Below are positions 8,838 to 18,830 of a DNA stretch of 64,000 bases, piece after piece (within the stretch, counting starts at the first letter, position 1; each line of letters begins with the position of its first letter). A program made the translations under genes and the position numbers. This DNA comes from a virus (lineage: Duplodnaviria; Caudoviricetes): IMG/VR virus record IMGVR_UViG_3300037067_012889, positions 32,001 through 96,000 of that record; one strand, given 5' to 3'. Under the pieces are notes generated by a model that had not been told where the DNA came from, did not search any database, and worked only from the letters and a program-made list of their open reading frames with translations.

Positions 8838-9207
8838 TGCTCTCAAAGCCCAACATGTCGAAAGCACTGAATCTGGCGAATCAGATGATGCCATTGTACA
8901 AATCGCCAAAGAGCATGCTGAATGGATGGCTGCTAACAATAATCTGACGCACGACGGATTCGAAGATCGACAAGCAAAGGCTATTAGCGAGGTTTCTGAT
9001 GTCAGAAATTTTGCCGAAGTTGTTGCGATGAATGGCGAAGAGACAGCACAAGATGCCGCAGCCAGCATGGTTCAACAATGGCTACACAGCCGTCCGCACA
9101 GACTCATTATTAATGGCCACCATGATTTGTATGGGTACGCTATGGCCAAAAATGACTCCGGCAAATGGTACGCTTGTGGATTTTTGTGCGATGCGTTACC
9201 GGGATAA
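8809..9207 (+). CDS. CAP/SCP domain protein
   Basis: A..HA..MA....LTH, AEVVA, W..S..HR. Confidence 0.8.
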   Translation: MISVVDELVNALKAQHVESTESGESDDAIVQIAKEHAEWMAANNNLTHDGFEDRQAKAISEVSDVRNFAEVVAMNGEETAQDAAASMVQQWLHSRPHRLIINGHHDLYGYAMAKNDSGKWYACGFLCDALPG

Positions 9208-9212
9208 GTGAT

Positions 9213-9482
9213 ATGGCTAAAAAATCAAAGACAAAGAAAACGACACCAAAGCTTCCATTTCTTGCGCCGCTGGAACAGAAGTTTTCATTCGACACCGAAG
9301 CAGTACTACTTATGGCGGCACTTGGCTTTGTCATAAGAAATGCGGTGCAAGACTCTGCTGTTGAGATGTCTAAAGATAAGATGTGCATCTCAAAATCCAC
9401 AGTGACTAAAGCCATCGAAGCTGTTGGTCTCGGTGACTGGATAGCGAAAATCGAAGAAAAAGTCGATATGAAATGCCATTGA
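9213..9482 (+). CDS. Hypothetical protein
   Basis: ORF in co-oriented run. Confidence 0.5.
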   Translation: MAKKSKTKKTTPKLPFLAPLEQKFSFDTEAVLLMAALGFVIRNAVQDSAVEMSKDKMCISKSTVTKAIEAVGLGDWIAKIEEKVDMKCH

Positions 9483-9503
9483 GAGAATCAGACAGGGCTA
9501 AGC

Positions 9504-10388
9504 ATGAGCATAACAGTATCGATAATCGGCAGGAATGAAGAAGACAATATCAGTCGTTGTATCAAATCTGTATTGCCTATTGCCGATTTAGTTGTCTATG
9601 CCGACACTGGCAGCACAGATTCTACTGTAGGAATTGTAGAGTCTTTAGCTAATAAAACACATAAAATTACGATACGCCATATTACATTCGACGATTTCGC
9701 ACAAGCACGTAATGAAGCGAAGAAAGGCGTTCCTGGCGACTGGATCCTACAAATCGATGCCGACGAAACGCTAAACAATGCATCAAAATTGCATACACTT
9801 TGTGGGCCAGATGAGTTCAAAGAGGCATACCTATTTTCACAAGAGCATCTGATACTCGGCGGCAATAAGACGTCTGTCGTAATGCGCCTATTCAAAAACC
9901 GCGAGCATTATCAATATGTCGGCTGCATTCACGAGATGCCAGAAAACATCCAGGTCACTGGACCAGATAAAGCCATTGAGCCTTTTGCATTCATTCAAGG
10001 TATCTATTTTGCTCATTATGGCTGCGTCGATGAACAGTTACGACGCGCGAAAGTCTCAAATCGCAATCTCGAACTACTTATTAAAGATCTGCGTGTAAAT
10101 CCAGATAGATCATATAATAAGTATCTCATGATTCGAGATTACCTCAACATCTATAAATGGCGAACAGCGGCAAATGGCTTTCGATGCACATACAATTCAA
10201 TTGAACATCAACTACTTTGTGCAATTATCAGAGATCACGACCAATACAAGGATATCGTATTACCACGATATCAAGAGCTAGCTAGTGAAGTGTGTGCTAC
10301 GGCATATTCCCTATTAGCACAACAGGAAATGCAACTTATCGAGACTGATCTGCAACCGACTGCTCTATTATCTTTAGGATTGTCGTAA
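9504..10388 (+). CDS. Glycosyltransferase family 2
   Basis: NEE..I..C, DTGSTD, FAQARN, DADE, IHE, HYG. Confidence 0.9.
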   Translation: MSITVSIIGRNEEDNISRCIKSVLPIADLVVYADTGSTDSTVGIVESLANKTHKITIRHITFDDFAQARNEAKKGVPGDWILQIDADETLNNASKLHTLCGPDEFKEAYLFSQEHLILGGNKTSVVMRLFKNREHYQYVGCIHEMPENIQVTGPDKAIEPFAFIQGIYFAHYGCVDEQLRRAKVSNRNLELLIKDLRVNPDRSYNKYLMIRDYLNIYKWRTAANGFRCTYNSIEHQLLCAIIRDHDQYKDIVLPRYQELASEVCATAYSLLAQQEMQLIETDLQPTALLSLGLS

Positions 10389-11035
10389 TGCCGCCACCAA
10401 GAGTTACATGCTGCATTTGTGGGCAAGAAGTCAACAAAGCACAGACATTATATATCGGCGACGGTAAGAGAGCATGTCGTACACACGACGGAACAGTAGA
10501 GAAGAACAAGCTTGAAATCGATAAACTGAAACGAGAGAAAGAAGCTGAAATCAAGAAAGCTGCACAGAAAAAACAAAGAAAAGAATTTACTGCAAAACCA
10601 AAATGTGTTCTGTGTGGTCAAGTTGGAATGCTGCAAGAAGATTGGTATACTCGATTGATGATCGAGATGAAGAAATATGAACTAACGCACGGAAAACATA
10701 TTAATCCTTTCTCGGATGAAATAAAAAGAGCAGCCAATGTTCTTATTGGCATTCCTTGTCTTTTCTATGTAATGTGGCGTGGCAAAAACACACACATCAA
10801 GATACCTTTTGATGCGTACGAATTCGTCAAAATGCAACAGATGATGAATCCTGTCGCAGATCCTGTATTGCTAATCTGCCAAAACTGCGTCACCGAAAAG
10901 GGATTTACCACTTATTCGCAAGAACGCCAAGATAGTATGGGTGAGTTGTTTTTACATGCCGCCCAACTAATTCATGCTGTTGTGGTACCAGAGATTGAGA
11001 AAGCAGCGATACGTGAAATAACAGAGTCGAACTAG
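10388..11035 (+). CDS. Hypothetical zinc-binding protein
   Basis: Several CxxC pairs. Confidence 0.65.
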   Translation: MPPPRVTCCICGQEVNKAQTLYIGDGKRACRTHDGTVEKNKLEIDKLKREKEAEIKKAAQKKQRKEFTAKPKCVLCGQVGMLQEDWYTRLMIEMKKYELTHGKHINPFSDEIKRAANVLIGIPCLFYVMWRGKNTHIKIPFDAYEFVKMQQMMNPVADPVLLICQNCVTEKGFTTYSQERQDSMGELFLHAAQLIHAVVVPEIEKAAIREITESN

Positions 11036-11043
11036 GTGCGGAT

Positions 11044-11787
11044 ATGAGAATCAAGTCGGACTTTCACGATTATTATGATTGTATTCAACGCTTTGGTCAG
11101 GATCGAAGTCTTCTATATGTTCGTAAGAAAGTTGATTTTCCACTTGAAACTGAATTAAAATCAAGAACGATACCATTTCTCGTTCCAGCGCTTGGATATG
11201 GATGCGGATATATTAGAGCTGGTGATCTGCCGAATAGCATGAGATTCTATGTTGTTGGCGTTGCCGGAAAGATATGGCCGGTATTCAAGCTTTCCTGGGA
11301 TTACGCTGAGAACGCAATGCCTTTCGAGACGTTCTGTTATAGTCTCGCAGACATTGATAAAATTATCGCAACTCGGTGCAATAAGAAAGCACAAGAAACA
11401 TTTCATGAAGTATCGCTCGGTCGCAAAAGCAGATATAGCATGAAAGTCAGACACGACGATTTTACCAATTTTTTCGATAAATGGCAAGAGAGGATTCAAC
11501 AAGAGCGAACAATGACCATGATGGGTATGCTTTTTCAGCAGTATCCAGTTTGGAATCTCGAAGCACGACGAAATAATTGGTATGTTTGTTATAATTGCCC
11601 ACTAAAGAATTTCAAATTCTTCAAAGTAATGGATCCAGCAACAGTATTTCAAGAAATCTCAATGTTCTTAGGAGGCATAGCAATACCGCAAAAAACAATC
11701 CCGGTCCCTTCTGATAAGGACATGGTCAGTATTAAAGGGTTTGACAAATTCAGCTTTCGCAAGGATAAGAAGAACAAGAAGAAATGA
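11044..11787 (+). CDS. Conserved-looking phage hypothetical protein
   Basis: MRI.S.F.DYYD ... FQEI.MFL ... GFD..SFRK. Confidence 0.7.
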   Translation: MRIKSDFHDYYDCIQRFGQDRSLLYVRKKVDFPLETELKSRTIPFLVPALGYGCGYIRAGDLPNSMRFYVVGVAGKIWPVFKLSWDYAENAMPFETFCYSLADIDKIIATRCNKKAQETFHEVSLGRKSRYSMKVRHDDFTNFFDKWQERIQQERTMTMMGMLFQQYPVWNLEARRNNWYVCYNCPLKNFKFFKVMDPATVFQEISMFLGGIAIPQKTIPVPSDKDMVSIKGFDKFSFRKDKKNKKK

Positions 11788-12152
11788 AAATCACAGAAAA
11801 GAATTTGCCAATTGCTCTTGCTTTATATCTGACACGCAGCGACGTAGAACAACACCTATGGAATAAGACAGCGACTTGGCGATTCATTAGTGGTGTCGAT
11901 AAACGACATCCACAACGAACAGCCGTCTGCACCTTTGCCGATGCCGTAGCAGCGTTCTTACTCAATGAAATCGGTGATTACTTCGGCGATTGGGTACCTT
12001 GTTCGATGGAACAAATCCCAAATTGCAATAACGGAAGAATAGTTGAAGTATTCGACACGGACATCAAACACCGAACCATCAATATCCTATCTAAGGAAGA
12101 ACTAGACATAATGGTCGCGGATGGGTTCGATCCCATCGGCTATAAGAAATAA
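11784..12152 (+). CDS. Hypothetical protein
   Basis: ATGA overlap with previous gene. Confidence 0.55.
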   Translation: MKITEKNLPIALALYLTRSDVEQHLWNKTATWRFISGVDKRHPQRTAVCTFADAVAAFLLNEIGDYFGDWVPCSMEQIPNCNNGRIVEVFDTDIKHRTINILSKEELDIMVADGFDPIGYKK

Positions 12153-12153
12153 C

Positions 12154-13158
12154 ATGAATTTAGATCAACTAAAAGCAATATTGGCGTCTCCAAAAACAGC
12201 TATGGACTTGTTTGGCGATGACCCAGACAAGACTTATCGTGAATGGGCTTTGATTTGCCATCCGGACCGTTTTGTAACTAGCACAGATGATGTAAAGGAA
12301 TACGCCAAAAATGTTTTCACGCTGCTTGAAAAACGCCGTGAAGAATTAAAGACGCCACCTACGATTTGGAAGTCCCCGGATTTCGAATATCATCTTGGAC
12401 CACAGATCGGAAGCGGCGAAGTTTCAAAGGTCTATCTCGCCACACAGAAGAAAGGCGGCGACTCAAAGCCGGTCGTTCTTAAAGTCGCTCACGTTAAAGA
12501 GGCGAACGAATACATCGAGAAAGAGGCCAAGATTCTCGCCGATATACGTGTTCAAGCCGGTGATCGGAAATATAGCGAATATGTGGCCAAACCGATCGAG
12601 CTTTTCACGCACGACGAGCTTCGAATTGCTGTCCAGCAGCACTATGATGGATACTACACCGTCAACGAGTACATGACGAAATATCCAAATGGCGTGGGCG
12701 GCAGGCATGTTGCGTGGATGTTCAATCGGACACTCACAATTCTCGGTTTCATACACGCTATCAATTACATGCATTGTGCCCCGATGCCGATGCATTTGCT
12801 GTTCAACAATGTCAATCGTGGCTGCAAGTTGATAAGTTGGGCTAGCTGCTGTCGTATGGAGCAGAAGCTTTCAGTCGTGCCGTTGTCCCACAAAACATGG
12901 TATCCGAAGCTGGAAATCACAAAACAGTACCCAGCAACACCAAGCCTTGATATCTATTTGGCGTCGAAAACGATGTTGGAAATGTGCAAACAACACAAGC
13001 CGGGCGAAGTTCCGTCGAAATTGATTGTGTTTTTGGAATCGTGCGTTAATCCGAAGCCACTACAAAGACCACAAGACGCTTGGAAATTATTAGACGAATG
13101 GAAACATCTGCTTAAGTTGGTCTATGGACCTCCACGATATGACGCTTTACCAATGTAA
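12154..13158 (+). CDS. J-domain / protein-kinase-fold fusion (degenerate catalytic motifs)
   Basis: HPD motif, then IGSGEVSKVY, VVLK; HRD and DFG positions altered. Confidence 0.75.
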   Translation: MNLDQLKAILASPKTAMDLFGDDPDKTYREWALICHPDRFVTSTDDVKEYAKNVFTLLEKRREELKTPPTIWKSPDFEYHLGPQIGSGEVSKVYLATQKKGGDSKPVVLKVAHVKEANEYIEKEAKILADIRVQAGDRKYSEYVAKPIELFTHDELRIAVQQHYDGYYTVNEYMTKYPNGVGGRHVAWMFNRTLTILGFIHAINYMHCAPMPMHLLFNNVNRGCKLISWASCCRMEQKLSVVPLSHKTWYPKLEITKQYPATPSLDIYLASKTMLEMCKQHKPGEVPSKLIVFLESCVNPKPLQRPQDAWKLLDEWKHLLKLVYGPPRYDALPM

Positions 13159-13194
13159 CTAATCCGTGTTCCCCTAACCTATGGAGTGATTACT

Positions 13195-14175
13195 ATGGGT
13201 GGTACTAGATGGTCTGACGACCATTACAAAGATCGTGTTACAATGCGGGCCGCAACCGGCAAGCCTACTTTCGCCTATGATAGTGCGATGAGATCGGCAC
13301 CAGTCAGTGCCCGCAAAGTCCACGACAGCCTCAACCCGTTCGGCGTGAAATTCCGCGAAAGCCGCGACAGCGATGCCCATCCGACAAGCTTGGCTATCGG
13401 CGTTCTCTTCGACGAAACCGGCTCCATGGCACGAGTTCCGGTACAGTTCCAGACCGCATTGCCACAATTGATGGGTCTCCTGATGCGGAAGGGTGTCGTC
13501 GAGCATCCGCAAATCTTGATTGGTGCCTTCGGAGACGCCAGTGGTGGCGGCGAGCGTGCTCCGCTGCAAGTCGGTCAATTCGAATCCGGCATCGAGATCG
13601 AAGACTGCTTGACCAACATCTATCTGGAAGGCCAGGGCGGCGGTCAGAACACCGAGAGCTACGAGTTGGCTATGTACTTCATGGCTCGACATACGGCACT
13701 CGACTGCTTCGAGAAGCGGAACAAGAAGGGCTACCTCTTCTTGACCGGCGACGAGTTGTATTATCCGCAGGTGAAGGCCGAAGAAGTCAAGCGGCTTATC
13801 GGTGACACCCTGCAGGAGAACATCCCCGTCGAGACGATTATGGAAGAATTGCAGACGATGTATGACGTCTACTTCCTGATTCCACGTGGCACCAGCCATT
13901 ATGACGCGCCGTGGCTGCTGGAAGGCTGGCAGAAGCTTCTCGGGCAGCAAGTCTTGCGACTCGACGACCCCGATGCCATCAGCGAAGTCGTCGCGAGCAC
14001 GATCAGCCTCGCCGAGGGCTATGATCTCGATTCGGTTGGCCGTGGCCTTGATGAAGCCGGTGTTTCCAAGGACCGGCGTGCCTCAATCACCAAGGCCCTC
14101 GTGCCCTTGGCTGATTCGGCTGGTCGTAAGATCGTTAAAGGTTCCGTTTCTGGAACCGGGTTGGCGAAGATCTGA
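13195..14175 (+). CDS. vWA (MIDAS) domain protein
   Basis: DETGSM, GDA, GGG..ESY, TGDE motifs. Confidence 0.85.
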   Translation: MGGTRWSDDHYKDRVTMRAATGKPTFAYDSAMRSAPVSARKVHDSLNPFGVKFRESRDSDAHPTSLAIGVLFDETGSMARVPVQFQTALPQLMGLLMRKGVVEHPQILIGAFGDASGGGERAPLQVGQFESGIEIEDCLTNIYLEGQGGGQNTESYELAMYFMARHTALDCFEKRNKKGYLFLTGDELYYPQVKAEEVKRLIGDTLQENIPVETIMEELQTMYDVYFLIPRGTSHYDAPWLLEGWQKLLGQQVLRLDDPDAISEVVASTISLAEGYDLDSVGRGLDEAGVSKDRRASITKALVPLADSAGRKIVKGSVSGTGLAKI

Positions 14176-14194
14176 AGTAGATGAATATTACTTC

Positions 14195-14226
14195 ACGGGA
14201 GTGCCAATCAAAGTTGGCACTCCCGT
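14195..14226. terminator. Intergenic hairpin
   Basis: 13-bp stem ACGGGAGTGCCAA/TTGGCACTCCCGT. Confidence 0.55.
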
Positions 14227-14252
14227 TCCATATAAAAGTAAGGATACGATAA

Positions 14253-15458
14253 GTGAGACGTGCTGTAATAACTGTCGGTCTTGGGTTTGGTGATGAAGCC
14301 AAGGGGGCCACATGTGATTATTTATGCAGAAGGCTTAAAGCCGATCTTGTCGTTCGCTATTGTGGTGGGTGCCAGGCTGCACACAATGTAGTATTGCCGG
14401 ATGGAACACACCACACTTTTAGCCAATTTGGTTCTGGAACTTTTTCTGGTGTCTCGACCTATCTAGGACCAGATGTGATTATTTCACCATTGGCAATGGT
14501 GAATGAAGCTAATCATCTAATTGACATCGGACTACGGAATCCGTGGGCCAGTTTGCGTGTTGATGAGCGATGCCTAATAGCAACACCATATCATCAATCT
14601 CTAAACAGATTCAGAGAACGAAATAGAGGTAATGAGTGTCACGGCTCTTGCGGTATGGGAGTTGGCGCGACACGAGAGCATGCTATATATTATAATGACG
14701 ATGCACTTAGAGTACAAGACTTAGCATCTTATAGTAATACTATAACAAAACTGAGAAAAATACAACAATGGGTCCATGAATCTGCAGGGCATCCAATAAC
14801 AGATCATATGGATTCATATAGCGTTTATGATCGTCTACATGATGCATCTTCTAAAATGCCTATCGTCAGAGAGATGCCAAGATTCAAAATGGCTATATTC
14901 GAGGGTGCTCAAGGTATTCTTCTTGACGAAAATCATGGTTGCCATCCCTATACTACTTGGTCAACAGTCACGCTAAAACACGCCATCGAATTGCTTCGAA
15001 ATACAGACATAGAAGTTAATGTTATGGGGTGTATTAGATCGTACATGACGCGGCATGGAGCTGGTCCGCTATCACTAGAGAACCCAAATTTGATCGGTGC
15101 CGCCGACGCTAGTAATCCGCCAAATGAATGGCAAGGACGTATGCGATATGCTCCGCTTGACTTAAATATTTTAAGTCACTCGAAAGAAGTTTTAGGTGGA
15201 AAGCTTCATAATGTTTCATTGAGTTGTTTAGATCATATCGACGGTTCAATTCCTGTAGTTGATAAAGATATCGAGCATGTAAGCTCAGTAGAGCTTATTA
15301 AAAAAATTGAAAGAGTATTAGCACCGGTCGCTATTACGGGGCGTGGGCCATGTTATACCGATCGCTGCATGGGGAGCTTGTCGTGGCATTCTTTAGAAGA
15401 AACAATCGAGGTGAATGATGGCCAAAGATTTACGGTCTGCAATAGCACAAGCACGTGA
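14253..15458 (+). CDS. purA: Adenylosuccinate synthetase family protein (divergent PurA)
   Basis: GDEAKG, GG.QAAH, HGSCG.G, FEGAQG.LLD...G..PY.T.S, Y.TRHG.GP. Confidence 0.85.
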   Translation: MRRAVITVGLGFGDEAKGATCDYLCRRLKADLVVRYCGGCQAAHNVVLPDGTHHTFSQFGSGTFSGVSTYLGPDVIISPLAMVNEANHLIDIGLRNPWASLRVDERCLIATPYHQSLNRFRERNRGNECHGSCGMGVGATREHAIYYNDDALRVQDLASYSNTITKLRKIQQWVHESAGHPITDHMDSYSVYDRLHDASSKMPIVREMPRFKMAIFEGAQGILLDENHGCHPYTTWSTVTLKHAIELLRNTDIEVNVMGCIRSYMTRHGAGPLSLENPNLIGAADASNPPNEWQGRMRYAPLDLNILSHSKEVLGGKLHNVSLSCLDHIDGSIPVVDKDIEHVSSVELIKKIERVLAPVAITGRGPCYTDRCMGSLSWHSLEETIEVNDGQRFTVCNSTST

Positions 15459-15645
15459 TGTATGGCTCGATTCAGACGAAGGGCGTCGATGTTGTGAAGG
15501 AACTGCAACAGGTACATATCTCCGAAATCGAATTGAAACTGCATTTGTCGCAGGTGCTACGATAAGAGAGAGCCAAATCGAAGCTAAAATTGTCGAAGCA
15601 CAGGCGAATTTGGCCGCAGCTGTCGAAGCATTAAAAGTCATCTAA
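15415..15645 (+). CDS. Hypothetical protein
   Basis: GAGGTG RBS. Confidence 0.55.
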   Translation: MMAKDLRSAIAQARDVWLDSDEGRRCCEGTATGTYLRNRIETAFVAGATIRESQIEAKIVEAQANLAAAVEALKVI

Positions 15646-15646
15646 A

Positions 15647-15820
15647 ATGCGAAGTCTCAGATACGAGCAACATTGTAAGGATGCTAAGACGGCAATAGAT
15701 GCCTTATTTGCTGATCGTTCAGTAGAACAACATCAGACGCTTTGTGCATTACAAGATTTACAAGACCACATCTGTATCCTGATCGACGCTATCAAATCCG
15801 ATCTGAATAGCAAAGACTAG
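15647..15820 (+). CDS. Small hypothetical protein (57 aa)
   Basis: Hand-translated MRSLRYEQHC... fills gap. Confidence 0.5.
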   Translation: MRSLRYEQHCKDAKTAIDALFADRSVEQHQTLCALQDLQDHICILIDAIKSDLNSKD

Positions 15821-15822
15821 AT

Positions 15823-16126
15823 ATGAGACTTCGAACAGCCATCAAAATTCAGAGGATGTATGAAGAACCCATAACTAAATGGCCGATTACGATATAAGGG
15901 TATTAGATGGCCATATAACATAAAGCAATATACAAAATCTGCTACTATTTGCAAGCGGCATCTGATGGATAGTAGGGTCCCATATATTCCATCAAATCGC
16001 GAACTTGAAGAACGAGCCGAAATACAAATATGTTTATTAGCAGACCTGCTTATCGATGAACCAGAATGCGAAGAATTTAAAGAACAGGCATTGCTGGAAC
16101 TTGAACGCGGCAGAATTAAAAAATGA
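15823..16126 (+). pseudogene. Probable frameshifted small gene
   Basis: MRLRTAIK.. stops at 15897; +1 frame open 15875-16126. Confidence 0.35.
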
Positions 16127-16144
16127 TGAGATTCGTGCTAACAT
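16116..16144 (+). promoter_or_regulatory. Phage promoter motif
   Basis: TTAA-N14-CGTGCTAACAT. Confidence 0.6.
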
Positions 16145-16160
16145 AACATGGAGGACAATT

Positions 16161-16583
16161 ATGCTATTAGAACAAGCTTTTCCAAAAGGCACCAGGGGCG
16201 CAGAGCGTGGGAAATATTTTCCGCCAAAAGGAACTCTCGGCGATGATTTTTATGCCCTAAAGGACAGTGGGTGTATTCAGGCTGAGAATGATTCGCTCAA
16301 AAGCATGTTCAGTGTGGTGATGAGCATGACCCTGCGCAATCCGTGCAACGGCTGCCCAGTCTGGGATAGGAAAGGACCAGGATGCGTAGCTTTTCAGAAG
16401 CACCACTCAGCCTATCTTCATTGGAAGAAAGAGCATGATGCTGAAATCGCCTACAACACGACTCCCCAAAATGCCCCGAGTGGACACAAGTTCGAAGGCA
16501 TGAATATGAAGAAAATCGCTAGCGAGCTTGGTATTAGCCTAGGAGAAGCACGACGCCGCAAATCGGCGGGCACATTGTTCTAA
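16161..16583 (+). CDS. Hypothetical protein with C-terminal HTH-like segment
   Basis: GGAGG RBS; IASELGISLGEARR. Confidence 0.65.
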   Translation: MLLEQAFPKGTRGAERGKYFPPKGTLGDDFYALKDSGCIQAENDSLKSMFSVVMSMTLRNPCNGCPVWDRKGPGCVAFQKHHSAYLHWKKEHDAEIAYNTTPQNAPSGHKFEGMNMKKIASELGISLGEARRRKSAGTLF

Positions 16584-16651
16584 TCGTAGAGGAACAAATG
16601 GAGCCAAGCGAAATCAAGCAAGGCGTAACCACCATATAGGAATAGAAAGAA

Positions 16652-17005
16652 ATGAACGAGTTGCTCATCATTGCCGTATTTGGCGATTCTTTCGCAACAA
16701 GATTCATGCAAGATGCCGATGTGTTCGAACATTTCAAGATTATTGCAAAGCCCGTACATTTAAAACTGACCTTAAAGCCGGGCTGCACAAAAATCAAAGC
16801 TTTGGTCGATACGCGAGATCTACTGGAAGAGAACGGCCAACGTGTCGCAGCCGTATTCATCCCAAATGATCCAGAGGGAGCGTGGAGAGATGATAAGATT
16901 CTCTCCATAAGTGATGGCACAAAATGGTGCACACTCAACGATTGCCTTGATGCTTATGGTTTCGTGCAGCCAGAAGCCATATTACAAGAGAAAGCTGAAA
17001 AATGA
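16652..17005 (+). CDS. Hypothetical protein
   Basis: ORF in co-oriented run. Confidence 0.6.
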   Translation: MNELLIIAVFGDSFATRFMQDADVFEHFKIIAKPVHLKLTLKPGCTKIKALVDTRDLLEENGQRVAAVFIPNDPEGAWRDDKILSISDGTKWCTLNDCLDAYGFVQPEAILQEKAEK

Positions 17006-17193
17006 GCTTCAAGAAAGCAGTAACGTTCCCACGTGAATTGCGAGAGAAAGCCAAAAAAGAAAAATTGGCCCTCGTCTGTATCTCTGTCCCAGGTATGGAG
17101 TATGTCGGTGCACTTCCGGACGAATTGGCATCTAAACTCATCAACTGGACGACCGAGAACATCTTCAAGAGAGACCACAAATCGAAAGCATAA
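17002..17193 (+). CDS. Hypothetical protein
   Basis: ATGA overlap. Confidence 0.5.
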   Translation: MSFKKAVTFPRELREKAKKEKLALVCISVPGMEYVGALPDELASKLINWTTENIFKRDHKSKA

Positions 17194-17956
17194 CCTCGTT
17201 TAATTCGCTCTTCGATATCGATCTCTGACCAACAGTATTGTTGTGGTCCCATTTAAAACGATTCAATCCAGCTATAACTGAATCGATGCGTTTCTCATCT
17301 TCTAACTTTATATAATAGTGTGCAGTCGACGCCACTGACAATTCTTTACTTGCCTTGCCCGCATACATACCTACTCTTCTTACACAGAAATGTGCTTCAT
17401 TTCTCCTCACATAGGAGAATCCGACCGGTGCGGCACGATGTTGTTTTGGTCTGGGAACATTTTTATTTTCCCAGATTTGAAACACTACGGGCACTTCTTG
17501 TACTTTTCCATCTAATGTAGCGTTCTTTAACGGAACGTCTATCTGTTTCACCAGATGGTAATTCTTAGGCACTCTCGCCTGTATGCTGTCCTTCTTATAT
17601 GACAATGGCAAGATGAATGCGATAGTATCAGCTATTTCAGCACATTTCTTGATAAATGCGAGAGCTAATGATCCATTTGTACCAAAAGGTGGATTACCTA
17701 TACATAATATGTCTTTGCGATCTACTGGTCCGACGTAGCCTAGTCGTAAGAAGTTATATTTTACTATCGACGAATGTTTTGGGTCTATGTCGAAGGCAAC
17801 ACATCCTGGTATTTGGCAAGAAAATGAGCCATCTCCAGCCGATGGCTCAATCACTAATTTAAATCTGGATGTATCGACTTCATCGATTAACTTCTTTGCT
17901 ATATCTGGAATAGTAAAAAATGTACATTGGCTGCTTTTTCTTATATGAATTCCCAT
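17165..17956 (-). CDS. N6-adenine DNA methyltransferase
   Basis: IEPSAGDGSF (motif I), GNPPFG (motif IV). Confidence 0.85.
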   Translation of the reverse strand: MGIHIRKSSQCTFFTIPDIAKKLIDEVDTSRFKLVIEPSAGDGSFSCQIPGCVAFDIDPKHSSIVKYNFLRLGYVGPVDRKDILCIGNPPFGTNGSLALAFIKKCAEIADTIAFILPLSYKKDSIQARVPKNYHLVKQIDVPLKNATLDGKVQEVPVVFQIWENKNVPRPKQHRAAPVGFSYVRRNEAHFCVRRVGMYAGKASKELSVASTAHYYIKLEDEKRIDSVIAGLNRFKWDHNNTVGQRSISKSELNEVMLSICGLS

Positions 17957-17982
17957 GTATTTAAAATACCATAGGAGTAATT

Positions 17983-18357
17983 ATGAAACATACAGAGACA
18001 CCATGGGAAGTCCGGAAGGCTAAGACTAATAGTAGATTTTCTGAAAGTTGGCGTGAAATCTATGCTGGCCGCATACCAGTTGTATGCGCCACCTCATATG
18101 ATTCTAGTAGAGATGGAACCATCTGCGGTGTTCATATCAACGATTACGATGCTGAATTTATTGCATGCGCATGCAATAATCACGAAGAGCTATTACGAGT
18201 CTGTGAAATGTTAGTCCGCGACATAGAGGCAGATCCGATGGCCGCAGCTTATTTTGATTTGCGACACATCGAGGCCGCACAAGTTATATTGACTAAAGTG
18301 AAGAAATGCGAGCTTCAGATTCCACACCAAACAAGCTCAGCATCTGCTACATCATAG
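17983..18357 (+). CDS. Phage hypothetical protein
   Basis: HT.TPW ... DAEFIA.A.N...ELL pattern; GGAG RBS. Confidence 0.65.
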   Translation: MKHTETPWEVRKAKTNSRFSESWREIYAGRIPVVCATSYDSSRDGTICGVHINDYDAEFIACACNNHEELLRVCEMLVRDIEADPMAAAYFDLRHIEAAQVILTKVKKCELQIPHQTSSASATS

Positions 18358-18569
18358 ACAAGCTGAAGCACGCGATTCAACTCTGCGATAGTTTTACTCT
18401 CTGTAACACGCGGTGCAAGTCTTGTAAGTGGCCAAGCCTTAGAAATTTCGGCGGCGATCAAATCTTTCACATCCTGAGGGCATTCTTCCTCGTAATGTGA
18501 CAAGTCATGGTTCTCATTGCACTTCTCAAGGACTTTGGCTAACTCAATCCTATATCGCCAATTTGTCAT
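18315..18569 (-). CDS. Hypothetical protein
   Basis: Minus-strand run. Confidence 0.55.
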   Translation of the reverse strand: MTNWRYRIELAKVLEKCNENHDLSHYEEECPQDVKDLIAAEISKAWPLTRLAPRVTESKTIAELNRVLQLVYDVADAELVWCGI

Positions 18570-18572
18570 CGG

Positions 18573-18830
18573 TCAAAACCTTGTGTTAATCTTGTCTATG
18601 TCGGCTCGATAGCCAGGCAGTTCGCCAGCTAATGCTCTAAGGATCTTACCGACCTTCATATCTTGGTCGCTATCCCAATAATCAAAAGCCTCTGCGGCAA
18701 TCTTCCGAATTGATAGTAATTCCTCACATTCAGTCGGAATATCAATCGTATATAGAAACTGGCGAAAATCATCGATCGTCAAATCGCGTCGTTCAACGAT
18801 CTGTGCAATTACAATCTCTGGTAATTTCAT
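18573..18830 (-). CDS. Hypothetical protein
   Basis: Minus-strand run. Confidence 0.55.
   Translation of the reverse strand: MKLPEIVIAQIVERRDLTIDDFRQFLYTIDIPTECEELLSIRKIAAEAFDYWDSDQDMKVGKILRALAGELPGYRADIDKINTRF

Noticed and set aside
14253-15458. PurZ (2-aminoadenine DNA pathway)
   Set aside because: The catalytic Asp of GDExKG is retained (PurZ has Ser there), and no dATPase or MazZ-like neighbours are recognisable.
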